A DNA stretch of 64,000 nt. Source: Armatimonadota bacterium (GTDB lineage Bacteria > Armatimonadota > Armatimonadia > Armatimonadales > Armatimonadaceae). Positions 29,822-38,790 of this stretch are shown in pieces. Positions within the stretch are counted from its first letter, which is position 1. Each line of letters begins with the position of its first letter. The stretch lies in contig JAPLCP010000078.1 in the NCBI GenBank assembly GCA_026392155.1, forward strand, positions 59,941 through 123,940. Direction: 5' to 3'. Position numbers and translations under genes: made by a program. The notes under the pieces were generated by a model. It searched no databases. It saw only the letters and a list, made by a program, of their open reading frames with translations, and was not told the origin of the DNA.

Positions 29822-30026
29822 ATGAAAAAGTTAATCTTTGCGTGCACCTGCATCTCAGCGAAGACTACGGCATCGTCCACCACCTCTCCTGGGTCGGGTC
29901 GGAGGAGCGCATCCAGCGAAAGCTCGGCACTCCCTGGAGGTTTGGTCAGGGAGCGAGCTGCGCCGTCCGCTCCTTAAGCTCGTCGGCATCTGCTGTGAGA
30001 GAAACCTACCTACCTTGTTAGTCTAG
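29822..30026 (+). pseudogene. Frameshifted gene remnant, possibly from a glycosyltransferase-like gene
   Basis: Coding-like codon bias switches frame at about 29925: HHLSWVGSEERIQRKL then HSLEVWSGSELRRPLLKLVGIC; no intact start. Confidence 0.3.
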
Positions 30027-30030
30027 GAAC

Positions 30031-31863
30031 TTACGCAGGCAACACTTGGTAGGCAATCCCGGTCAGTACCCCCATGATCACCCAGAAAACAGCACTCAGT
30101 GCATCGCCCAGAATCAGCCCCAGAAAGAATGGAAGCGCAAGGCGGTAGGCTCCCATTCCTCCGAGGCGCAAGAGCAAAGTCTTGGCGAGCCAGCCGAGCA
30201 TGACCGAAAACCAGGCCATGTGGAGCCCGTAGACAGGAGCCGTGAGAAAACCAATCGGGTGGAGGCCCACGCCAAAGCGCACCCGGCAGAGTAGCAAGCC
30301 CGCCACGGTCACAAAGCCGCCAAATACATGCCAGAGGTTGCTCAGCGCAGGACGAAGTGGCGACGAAGCCGCGCTGGCGGCGAGCTGAAGGGGAATCTGT
30401 GGCCCCGTCCGAAAGGTCCACGACTCAAACGCCGCTGTCCCACCAGAGAGATACGGCAACCGAATCAAAGCAAAGCCCGCCACCAGCACCGCCACAGTTA
30501 GAGTCAGCCCGGCGATCCCAAAATACCTTCGGGGAGGCAGGCCTGTCTCAGATGCGGCCCGTGCGCCGCCTAAAAGCCCCGGAAGAAGTAGCTCGCGGGT
30601 GTTGTAGACAAAACCGTACTCCGCACGATAGAGCGTGTAGAGCGTCGGTGGCGCAACGGTGCTCATCCCCAGAAGCGGCCCGAGCACATCGAACGTCGTG
30701 AAGGGCATCGCCATGAACAGCACGCCTGCCTGGCAGGTTGCCCAGGAGACCGTCACCAGCGCCAGAACAATCATCAACAGCGACGCCAAGATCAGCGCAG
30801 GCGGAATCCCCGCCGCCCACTCCCAGAGCACAATGCCAATCACGGAGCCAAAGAACGCCCCACGGAGCTTTTTATCGGTCTCAAGTGTGGTGCGTAGGTG
30901 CTTGCGTGCGCCCCAGAGAATCCAACCCACCAGCGCTAGTGCGCCGCCAAACGCCTGGAGGGAGTAGAAAAGCCGGAAGCTAAAACCGCTAAGTGAGGCG
31001 GGCTGATCCCAGTTCTGGTAGCCCGCCACCAAACACTGGAGCTTAAAGAGGACAAAAAAGAGCCAGAGCGAGAGCCCCACCTCACCCGATAGCAAGAACC
31101 CAATCCCCACGGCCAGCGGAAAGAGCGAGAGCTGGAGCGGCCCGATCTGGTTCCACGGTGGCTCGGTGAGAAAGTCCATTGCATTGATCGTTGTGGTGAG
31201 CTCCGGCAGCGACGGGTAGAGCTTGTGAAAGCCATTGAGCGTGTGGAGTGCCAGTGCGAGCCCCGCCCCAATCCAAAGTGTGGGCGTCCGTAAGAGAGTA
31301 CTTTTCGGCTCGGTAAGGAGCAGTGGGAGCTGTACGAGGGGGAAAGCAAAGCGCTCGCTCTCGATCCATTGCTTGCGCAAGAGCGCGGCCACGCTAAACG
31401 TCAGGATAAAGAAGCACAGCGCAAAAGCTCCCCAGGCAAGGAGCGGCAAGCCCCAAGCGCTCCAAGGAACATGCTCCTGCCCAAGCGGGTATCCATTGAA
31501 GAATGCCTTCGCCGCCTCGGTGTCGGGCATCTTGAGCCAGTCGGGCATCGTCCCCCAGACCTTGCGCTCCCAGTCGTTGGTGCTGGTGGAGAAGTAGGCG
31601 GCAGCGGGGATGTTGGGGATAAAGGTGCGCATCATCCCAGAGCCCGGAATCCCGCTTGCCAGAAGCGCCATGCTCCAGAGCATGAGCTTCTCTACCCGCG
31701 TCAGCCCGCGAAACGGCAAGAGGAGCAGTAGTAGTGCCAGCGCCAGCACCGGAAACTGATTGCCCCCCACGGGAGAAGCAAGGAGCTTGAAGTTGTTGTA
31801 GGGCGTGAAAAGACACAGTCCCACCACGATCAAGAGCCCCAGTGCTACCACCCGCTTGCGCAT
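30031..31863 (-). CDS. DUF6785/DUF6784-like multi-pass membrane protein
   Basis: QWIESERFAFPLVQLP, GIGFLLSGEVGLSLW, HPIGF, WLAKTLLLRLGGMGAY, PFFLGLILG; start at ATG 31863. Confidence 0.75.
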   Translation of the reverse strand: MRKRVVALGLLIVVGLCLFTPYNNFKLLASPVGGNQFPVLALALLLLLLPFRGLTRVEKLMLWSMALLASGIPGSGMMRTFIPNIPAAAYFSTSTNDWERKVWGTMPDWLKMPDTEAAKAFFNGYPLGQEHVPWSAWGLPLLAWGAFALCFFILTFSVAALLRKQWIESERFAFPLVQLPLLLTEPKSTLLRTPTLWIGAGLALALHTLNGFHKLYPSLPELTTTINAMDFLTEPPWNQIGPLQLSLFPLAVGIGFLLSGEVGLSLWLFFVLFKLQCLVAGYQNWDQPASLSGFSFRLFYSLQAFGGALALVGWILWGARKHLRTTLETDKKLRGAFFGSVIGIVLWEWAAGIPPALILASLLMIVLALVTVSWATCQAGVLFMAMPFTTFDVLGPLLGMSTVAPPTLYTLYRAEYGFVYNTRELLLPGLLGGARAASETGLPPRRYFGIAGLTLTVAVLVAGFALIRLPYLSGGTAAFESWTFRTGPQIPLQLAASAASSPLRPALSNLWHVFGGFVTVAGLLLCRVRFGVGLHPIGFLTAPVYGLHMAWFSVMLGWLAKTLLLRLGGMGAYRLALPFFLGLILGDALSAVFWVIMGVLTGIAYQVLPA

Positions 31864-31918
31864 GGCTTGTATTGTGCCCGAACTTTCGAAGATTCGTTTA
31901 TCCGCCGCGACGAATTTC

Positions 31919-32650
31919 TTATCCGTTTCGCTCGCACACCAAGATGCCCGCACGAGCGATAGGAACCCGCGAGCGAATCAGCATTCCCGATGCTTTCTGA
32001 CGAATCCCCACACAGCTGAACTGAAGGATAAACGCTTTTCGGGTATGTGAAGATAAATTGGGGCCACTTTTGTGCATAGTGGTGGACCAGAAGACAACCA
32101 GACTGCCGCGCACCACAGGAAGGGGTACTCCTTGATCAGGAGCCTCCAGAGAGTGGCAGGAAAGACCAAAGCCGCCTTCAGTGTGCTCCCGCAGCCCTTG
32201 TTTATGACTGGCTGGCATTACCCAGAGGCACCCATTTTGCTCATCCATGTCAGTAATGGCAATCCAAACCGTAAGATAGGGCGAGGGCACCACAGGGCCA
32301 TACGCATCGTCCTGATGCCACGAAAACGGCGTGCTTCCCCCCGGATTTTTATATACCATCTGGTTAAAGTAGAGATCCGTATCGGGGCCAAGAAAGGTGG
32401 TGGAGAGCCTGACAAAGGCATCACACTGCACAAATGCCTGCACCCAGGGATCGCGTTCCGCGACCTTTTGCGCAAAGAGCACTTCGCGGGGACGATCCTG
32501 CAGTGTGCCTGTCTGGTACTGACGCTGCTGATAGTCCTCCAACGCTTGCTCCAGAGGAAGTATTTCGGACTCCTACAGAAATCCCTCAAGGACGAGATAC
32601 CCTTGCTCGTCCATCTGCTGGATTTGATCCGCACGTAATGCCCAGGACAT
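31919..32650 (-). pseudogene. PhyH-family Fe(II)/2OG dioxygenase with in-frame TAG at codon 26
   Basis: ATG 32650 gives MSWALRADQIQQMDEQGYLVLEGFL*ESEILPL..., in frame with the ORF carrying FSWHQD and MHKSGPN; TAG at 32573-32575; TATACT 6 nt before the ATG. Confidence 0.8.
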
Positions 32651-32845
32651 GTGGAAAGTATACCCGCTCCGTCAGAGTATGATCGGCCCTTCGTCGCTGA
32701 GGAGCTTGCAGAGAGTTGGGTCTTGGAGCAGGGCCAAAAGATCGCAGGGCTTGCTCGGTAAACCCAGGGCTTGCGTGGAATCGGGACAGCCTCTCCCCGC
32801 CGCTGAGACGGCGACCCTCTCCGGCTTTGCGAAGAGGGTGCATGG

Positions 32846-34132
32846 CTACTTGGGCTCCAGACTAAACTGGTGCGCCCGTGGCTTGGCCGCATCGCGCTGG
32901 GCCTTGGTAAGCGGCTCGTCGGCGGCATCTAAGTTCTTCAGGAGCTCGGGAACCATCAGCGCCGATTGATGGTCATTTCCCATCGGCACTTGGTACTCGC
33001 GCCAGCGGCTATTGTGAACATTGGAGCGCAGCTGCGTGAGCTTGCCGACTAAGAGTGCCTGCTGGAGCATCGGCGTGTTTAGGGTAGCGAGATTCACCCC
33101 CGCGGCAAGCTGCTCTTTCGTAAACTCCCCAATGCTCTTGCTGTCAATCTTTAGCGTGTAGCGCGGTGCGGCCAGGTTGGTGACCGTGAGCAGCTCTTTA
33201 TCCAGCGCCTCGACAAAGTCTGACGACACCACGGCAAGATTATACGCCGCCGCGTTATTGGGGTCGGGCGAGCCCAGCGGGAACGGCAGTGCGTTTTCCA
33301 GGGTTCGCCAGGCGATCGTCCCATCTTTTAACGTCACAGCCTTGCTCACTTTTGCGTTCTGCGCCTGGGCCTTGCCACTGGCCGCGTCTAGGCTCACGGA
33401 AGAGACCAGTGCAGGGGCGTTCCAGGACTTCAGCAGGCACTCCGCCATGATGAGGTGACCGCCCCAGCCGGGATGGACACGATCCGGGATGATCTTTGCG
33501 GCATTGGTCGCGTCGGTGGTATTGGCTTTCTTCAGCATCGCCACGACGGGATTATTGAGATCTGCCACGCCCGCCCCCTGCTCACCCGCCAGCTGCCCGA
33601 CAAAGTTGGAGTAGCGCAGGAGCACCGCGTTGTAGCCGCCGGGGAAGTTTTCAGGCCGCGTCACGTCATCAAACGGCGAGGGCTGGATGAGCGTCAGGCG
33701 CACGCCAGGGTTGTCTTTCTTGACTTTCTCCACCAGGTGCTTGTAGCCATCGGCATAGGTCTGGAAGATGCCCGCATCGAAGGCGCGGTAGCTGGCATCG
33801 TTCATTCCGAGCATGACGGTCACGACGCTGGGCTTGTAGGCCGTCACATCCCGGTCGAGACGCAGGTCAATCGGCCCGCCGCCACCGCCCGTTACTCTAT
33901 CGCCGCCCCAGCCCGAGTGGACAAAGCGGACATTGAGATTGGGAAAGCGCGTCACAATGTACTGCTCGGTGAGGAGCGTGTACATGCGCTGGTCGGTGAT
34001 ACTATCGCCATAGAAGACCACGCGGTCGCCGTTTTTGAGGGCAAATGGAGCGGTTGACTGTGACTGGGCCGGAACGCCTAGTGCAAGTGTGCCGCCAATC
34101 AGTGCGGCAAGTGTTACGAAGCTTTTATTCAT
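32846..34132 (-). CDS. SGNH/GDSL hydrolase, secreted
   Basis: YGDSIT (Ser), SGWGG, LGMND, DRVHP (Asp-x-x-His); signal peptide. Confidence 0.9.
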   Translation of the reverse strand: MNKSFVTLAALIGGTLALGVPAQSQSTAPFALKNGDRVVFYGDSITDQRMYTLLTEQYIVTRFPNLNVRFVHSGWGGDRVTGGGGGPIDLRLDRDVTAYKPSVVTVMLGMNDASYRAFDAGIFQTYADGYKHLVEKVKKDNPGVRLTLIQPSPFDDVTRPENFPGGYNAVLLRYSNFVGQLAGEQGAGVADLNNPVVAMLKKANTTDATNAAKIIPDRVHPGWGGHLIMAECLLKSWNAPALVSSVSLDAASGKAQAQNAKVSKAVTLKDGTIAWRTLENALPFPLGSPDPNNAAAYNLAVVSSDFVEALDKELLTVTNLAAPRYTLKIDSKSIGEFTKEQLAAGVNLATLNTPMLQQALLVGKLTQLRSNVHNSRWREYQVPMGNDHQSALMVPELLKNLDAADEPLTKAQRDAAKPRAHQFSLEPK

Positions 34133-34133
34133 C

Positions 34134-34745
34134 TTATTTCTCAAGAGGCTCATCGAGCCACTTAATGCTTTTCAGGAACTGATCCATCGAAGGAGTGAGG
34201 CGCTCAAAGTCCTCTTTTTTACACGTGAGCGTCGTGATATAGATGCGGCCTTGGTGGCAGAGATAGACCTGTCGGTTCTTGATGACGACACTCTGCCCCA
34301 CAGTCTTAACGTGACCATCGAGCTGCCAGGCATCCGAGCCCGCGAGCGTGAAGCGCTGCTTTGCTGTCTGCCGGAAACCCGGATAGCGCTGTCCTAGAGC
34401 CGTGGCAATGGTCGCAGGAAGGTTGTCCGGGAGCTTGTTGCGGCCTGCGTCCACGGAAAACGCCAGAGAGAGTGTCGCCCCTGTGTTATTGGCCGGGCTC
34501 AGGGTCGCCAGAATGCCGGCCTTCTTCTCTCCCACGGGCAGCAATCGCCAGCCTAAAGGAACACGCACCGAGACTTTCTCAGGAGCGAATCGCAGTGCCT
34601 CAGTATGGGGTGCGGCCGTACGCTTTTCCACGGGCTCAGGGGTTGCTAGGGTTGCGGGAGTGCGGGCATGCTGGCTCTCTTGCGCCGCGGCAATCCCTCC
34701 AAAAACGCCCCCCAGCAGGGCCAGAATCAACACTGTCTGTCTCAT
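34134..34745 (-). CDS. Secreted hypothetical protein (PsbP/DcrB-like)
   Basis: Signal peptide; VRVPLGWR, FTLAGSDAWQL, GRIYITTLT, FERLTPSMDQFLKSIKW. Confidence 0.6.
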   Translation of the reverse strand: MRQTVLILALLGGVFGGIAAAQESQHARTPATLATPEPVEKRTAAPHTEALRFAPEKVSVRVPLGWRLLPVGEKKAGILATLSPANNTGATLSLAFSVDAGRNKLPDNLPATIATALGQRYPGFRQTAKQRFTLAGSDAWQLDGHVKTVGQSVVIKNRQVYLCHQGRIYITTLTCKKEDFERLTPSMDQFLKSIKWLDEPLEK

Positions 34746-34781
34746 GAGAATCTCCTCTCCATCGTATCATGTACGTAGGCA

Positions 34782-34810
34782 TTGACACGAATGTTCAAGA
34801 GAGATATACT
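34782..34810 (+). promoter_or_regulatory. sigma70-type promoter of mqnC
   Basis: TTGACA, 17-nt spacer, TATACT. Confidence 0.85.
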
Positions 34811-34852
34811 TTGTGAAAACAATCACGAAGTCAGGAAAGCGAGCATAAAACG

Positions 34853-35968
34853 ATGTTTCCTCTTACCCCCTCAAAACGCGCCCCGGAAAGCGATATCACC
34901 GATATTGCCGAGAAAGTCTGGGCACAGCAGCGCCTCACCGCGGAGGATGCGCTTCGGCTTTTCTACCACCCCAACCTAGACGATCTGGCTCTTCTCGCGG
35001 ACTCCGTGCGCCGCCGAATCAATCCTGAGCCGGTCGTGACCTATATTGTCAGCCGCAATATCAACTACACCAATGTCTGCTGGGTGCGCTGTAGCTTTTG
35101 CAACTTCTACCGGACGCCCGGCGATAAGAGCGGCGACTCCTATGTGCTCTCGCGGGAGCAGATCCACCAAAAGCTCCGCGAGCTCTCCGAAGTCGGTGGC
35201 GTGGAGATGCTGATGCAGGGTGGCCTGAACCCGAAGCTCAAGATCGAGTGGTATGAAGAGCTTCTGAGCTGGATGCGCGAGGAATTTCCGCATATTATCC
35301 GTCACTGTTTTTCCCCTGCTGAGCTGATTTACATCAAGAATATCTCCAAGCTCACCATGGAAGAGACACTCACGCGGCTTAAAGCCGCAGGTTTGCAGTC
35401 CATTCCCGGTGGTGGCGCGGAGATTCTCACGGATCGGGTGCGTAACTTTATCTCGAAGTATAAAGACACCGCCGACGAGTGGCTGGACTGCATGCGGGTC
35501 GCACACAAAGTGGGAATTCCGTCAACTGCGACCATGATGTACGGCTCCGTGGACACTTACGAGGACCGTGTCGAGCACTTTCTCAAGCTCCGCGCCCTGC
35601 AAGACGAGAGCATTGCAAGCTCCCCGGCTCGCTTCACCGCGTTTGCCGCTTGGAGCTACCAGCCCGATGGCACGGAGCTGGGTGGCACAAGAGCCTCGGG
35701 GCTAGACTATCTGCGCACGATCGCCATCGCCCGCCTGATGCTGGACAACTTCGCGCACATGCAGGCAAGCTGGGTGACCCAAGGCCCCAAGATCGGGCAG
35801 CTCTCTCTGCGCTACGGCGTGGACGACTTCGGCCAGACGATGATGGAGGAAAACGTGGTCTCCACCGCGGGCTGTACCTTTGCGGTCTCGATTGAGGAGA
35901 TGGAGCGCCTCATCACCGACGCGGGCTACAATCCCGCCCGCCGCAACACCCGCTACGAGCGCGTATAA
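34853..35968 (+). CDS. mqnC: Cyclic dehypoxanthinyl futalosine synthase (radical SAM)
   Basis: RNINYTNVCWVRCSFC (CxxxCxxC), MQGGLNP, SIPGGGAEIL, QASWVTQG, DFGQTMMEENVV. Confidence 0.9.
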   Translation: MFPLTPSKRAPESDITDIAEKVWAQQRLTAEDALRLFYHPNLDDLALLADSVRRRINPEPVVTYIVSRNINYTNVCWVRCSFCNFYRTPGDKSGDSYVLSREQIHQKLRELSEVGGVEMLMQGGLNPKLKIEWYEELLSWMREEFPHIIRHCFSPAELIYIKNISKLTMEETLTRLKAAGLQSIPGGGAEILTDRVRNFISKYKDTADEWLDCMRVAHKVGIPSTATMMYGSVDTYEDRVEHFLKLRALQDESIASSPARFTAFAAWSYQPDGTELGGTRASGLDYLRTIAIARLMLDNFAHMQASWVTQGPKIGQLSLRYGVDDFGQTMMEENVVSTAGCTFAVSIEEMERLITDAGYNPARRNTRYERV

Positions 35969-36084
35969 CAGGAGCTCCTCGCCGCGCTCACTGATTCCGT
36001 TCCAACTGCCTCGCCTATCTTGCGGTGGATGCGCTTCAGCTGAAGCGTTATTTGGTACACTATGCCATCAGGTAAAATAGCTCC

Positions 36085-37824
36085 ATGACTGAGCTAACTG
36101 CCACCGAAGTCGGTGCCCCTCCAGACTGGGCGCTACGAATGCGCCATCTCATGGCGGTGATGGACGAGGCAGTGCCCGCCTTTCAAGAGCGCTACTGTCG
36201 CGTCGATGGGACACTGATCTGGCGGCAGGAGTGGCCCGGCATGGATGGCAGCGACGATGGCTATGAGAGCTTTCACAACTGGCCCTTGCTTTACTCATTG
36301 GGCGGCGCAAGTGATCTGTTTGAGCGCTCGCGGTTTCTCTGGGACGCTGTCACGCGCCAGTTCACGGCTTACGGACAGGTCTGGCAGGAGTTCGATGCCT
36401 ACTACGACTGGATGCACCACGGCGAGTCCAACCTCTATCTCTACTATTTTGGGCTGTGCCATCCCGGCCATCCCGTTGAGAAAGCACGTGCACTTCGATT
36501 CGCAAGACTCTACACCGACGGTATCAACTGGGACGCAGATAAAAAACTCATCCGCTCTCCGATCACGGGCAGTAAAGGGCCGCGCTTTACCAACTCCTGG
36601 GGAGACTGGCAGACCCACCGCGAAGTGCTGGACAACTACCCACCCCCCTTCGACGACATTGAGGGTGTCCCCGGCCCACGGGCAAACTGGAGCGACGACG
36701 AGGTCTATGGTAGGATCCTGCCACTCCTCAATCAGCGCATGATGACCGGCGATGTGCCTCTCAATCTCACATCAACAAGCCTCGCCACCCATGCCTTCTG
36801 CTACACAGGCGACGATCACTATAGAGCTTGGGTGGTGGACTATCTTGAAGCCTGGGCGGAGCGCATTGCACGCAATGGTGGCCTCTGCCCCGACAATGTA
36901 GACGAAAACGGAGTGATTGGCGGACGCATGGATGACAAGTGGTGGGGCGGCTACTACGGCTGGCGCTGGCCACACGGGGTGATGAGCCTACTACAACCAT
37001 TGGTGATCGCCGCCATGAACGCCACGCTGCTCACGGGTGATCTCTCGTATCTGGACATTCCCCGGAGCCAGCTGGATCGCATGGTAGAGCTGGGCCGCGA
37101 GGAAAACGGCATCCTGCTGATTCCCCACCGCCATACGGACGCAGGCTGGACAGCATACCGCCCTCTCGCCCCAGAGTTCCCGCTTCAGCTTGCCTATTTC
37201 TCCATGGAGCAGAAGGACTTCGACCGCCTCGCGCTGTTCCCGGAGCGCAAGACGACCTGGCGCGAGGTGATGCCTGGTCGGGGTAAGGGCGACTCGATCC
37301 ATATCGCCCCGTGGCACTGCTACCTTCAAGGTGACCTCCCCAGCTACCCAACACAGATATTGGATGCCCAGTACGCCGAAGTGGCACGGCGGCTGGCCGT
37401 GATGGAAAACGATGATGGTGACCCTGAAACGTGGGATGTCCACCACTGGCAGGACATCAACCCCGTCCATACCGAGGCACTCCTACAGCTTGCCTGCGGT
37501 GGCCCCCAGGTGATCTACCATGGCGGGCTACTCCACACGCGCCTGCGCTACTTTGACACCGAGCAGAAGCGCCCCGGCCTTCCCCTAGATGTCGCCGCAC
37601 TGGTCTCAAAGCTCACACCGGAAAGTCTGACAGTGACCCTCTCCAACACGGCCCCACGTCACACCCGCCGCGTTACACTGCAAGCCGGTCAGTTTGGCGA
37701 GCACGAGTTTGTGGGGCATGGAAAGCAACTCACAATCACACTTCCCCCCGCGACGCAGCTCACACAAACCCTTGCCCAGAAACGCTTCGTACACCGACCA
37801 AGCTACCAGCACCCCTTTGGTTAA
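36085..37824 (+). CDS. Conserved hypothetical protein (probable alpha/alpha-barrel, carbohydrate-related)
   Basis: 579-aa ORF with strong codon bias; WPGMDGSDDGYE, YYDWMHHGE, KWWGGYYGWRWPHG; function not assignable. Confidence 0.75.
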   Translation: MTELTATEVGAPPDWALRMRHLMAVMDEAVPAFQERYCRVDGTLIWRQEWPGMDGSDDGYESFHNWPLLYSLGGASDLFERSRFLWDAVTRQFTAYGQVWQEFDAYYDWMHHGESNLYLYYFGLCHPGHPVEKARALRFARLYTDGINWDADKKLIRSPITGSKGPRFTNSWGDWQTHREVLDNYPPPFDDIEGVPGPRANWSDDEVYGRILPLLNQRMMTGDVPLNLTSTSLATHAFCYTGDDHYRAWVVDYLEAWAERIARNGGLCPDNVDENGVIGGRMDDKWWGGYYGWRWPHGVMSLLQPLVIAAMNATLLTGDLSYLDIPRSQLDRMVELGREENGILLIPHRHTDAGWTAYRPLAPEFPLQLAYFSMEQKDFDRLALFPERKTTWREVMPGRGKGDSIHIAPWHCYLQGDLPSYPTQILDAQYAEVARRLAVMENDDGDPETWDVHHWQDINPVHTEALLQLACGGPQVIYHGGLLHTRLRYFDTEQKRPGLPLDVAALVSKLTPESLTVTLSNTAPRHTRRVTLQAGQFGEHEFVGHGKQLTITLPPATQLTQTLAQKRFVHRPSYQHPFG

Positions 37825-37929
37825 GGACATCGCGAACCGAATCTTTTAACGTGGAGAAACATTAAAAATGAAAACTCACTCACTCACGATCAAGCCACTC
37901 GTACCCCTGCGTGGGCTGTCTTACTAGAG

Positions 37930-38790
37930 ATGCTCCTCGATCCGCGCGCCTACCGCCTCAATGATCTCCTGCGCCGCCCGCTACCTGCCAGCAAGACTTG
38001 GCACCAGCAGGGGCTGAGGCTTGCGCTACTTGCCAGCGACGAGCCCGTGCTTCCTGCCGAGGGACTCTGGCGACCGAGCCACACCAGCCTCTTTGGCAGT
38101 GAAGCATTCTCGAAGCTTCAGGTGGCACAGGACAGCTTTCTCGCTCTGGACGGCACAAGGGTTGTCTCGTTGCTCCTGCGCAACCCATCACCGTCCTCGA
38201 TTCCGCTGGAAATAACCGCACGCTGGGACGTCCAAGGGACGCAGCGCTGCACACCACCGCTCGACGATCTTTTCTTCCAGCTTGCGCCCGATACGACGGT
38301 TCAGCGTGTCTTTACCCTCTCGGAGAACCCGGATGGAAACGCCGCGCTTAAGCTTGCGAACCGGTGGTATTTTGAAAGCTCGCCCGCTGCCACGCAAGCC
38401 CAACACCTAGAGGACTGGCAGCAGCAACATGCCTTCGTCTTCGATTGCAGCGACCCGTGGCTCACTCGCCTTGTTGCCCATAGCCAAGCTGCCCGATGGC
38501 GAGGCGTCAATGCCCCCCCTGTCCCCAAAAATGGGGGGGATGCTAAGAAATGGTTTCCCGGCGGGGACTTTGACGCGTCTCTGGAGGAAGTAGCGTGCCC
38601 GGCGTGGGATCGTTGGGTAATTGAAACGCTGGTCGGCGTTTCGTCAGACGGTGAGACGCTCACGATTAGTCCCGATAATTTCTGGGGGCTCTCTAGTTTC
38701 TGTCCTTGTGCTGTCGCCGCCACCAGCGCCAGACGCGCCGTACGAATTTCTACGGGCACATCGTCGCGAAGCACCGGGCACTGGTCATAA
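37930..38790 (+). CDS. Hypothetical glycoside-hydrolase-related protein, native 3' end apparently lost at about 38703
   Basis: FDCSDPWLTRL and VIETLVGVS...LTISP...SSFC resemble GH C-terminal regions; the last 28 codons are the antisense reading of argS. Confidence 0.5.
   Translation: MLLDPRAYRLNDLLRRPLPASKTWHQQGLRLALLASDEPVLPAEGLWRPSHTSLFGSEAFSKLQVAQDSFLALDGTRVVSLLLRNPSPSSIPLEITARWDVQGTQRCTPPLDDLFFQLAPDTTVQRVFTLSENPDGNAALKLANRWYFESSPAATQAQHLEDWQQQHAFVFDCSDPWLTRLVAHSQAARWRGVNAPPVPKNGGDAKKWFPGGDFDASLEEVACPAWDRWVIETLVGVSSDGETLTISPDNFWGLSSFCPCAVAATSARRAVRISTGTSSRSTGHWS

Noticed and set aside
32651-32845. Short plus-strand ORF resembling a GNAT fragment (ESWVLEQGQKIAGLAR)
   Set aside because: It is only 36 codons with no convincing continuation in any frame; too weak to call.
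36032-36047. Perfect 16-bp palindrome CGCTTCAGCTGAAGCG upstream of the 36085 gene
   Set aside because: It occurs once, has no U-tract and no nearby regulator; operator, terminator and chance cannot be told apart.
37822-37929. Open in-frame run from the stop of 36085-37824 into the next ORF (possible read-through fusion)
   Set aside because: The intervening DNA is AT-rich and promoter-like, TAA is rarely read through, and 35 open codons can arise by chance.
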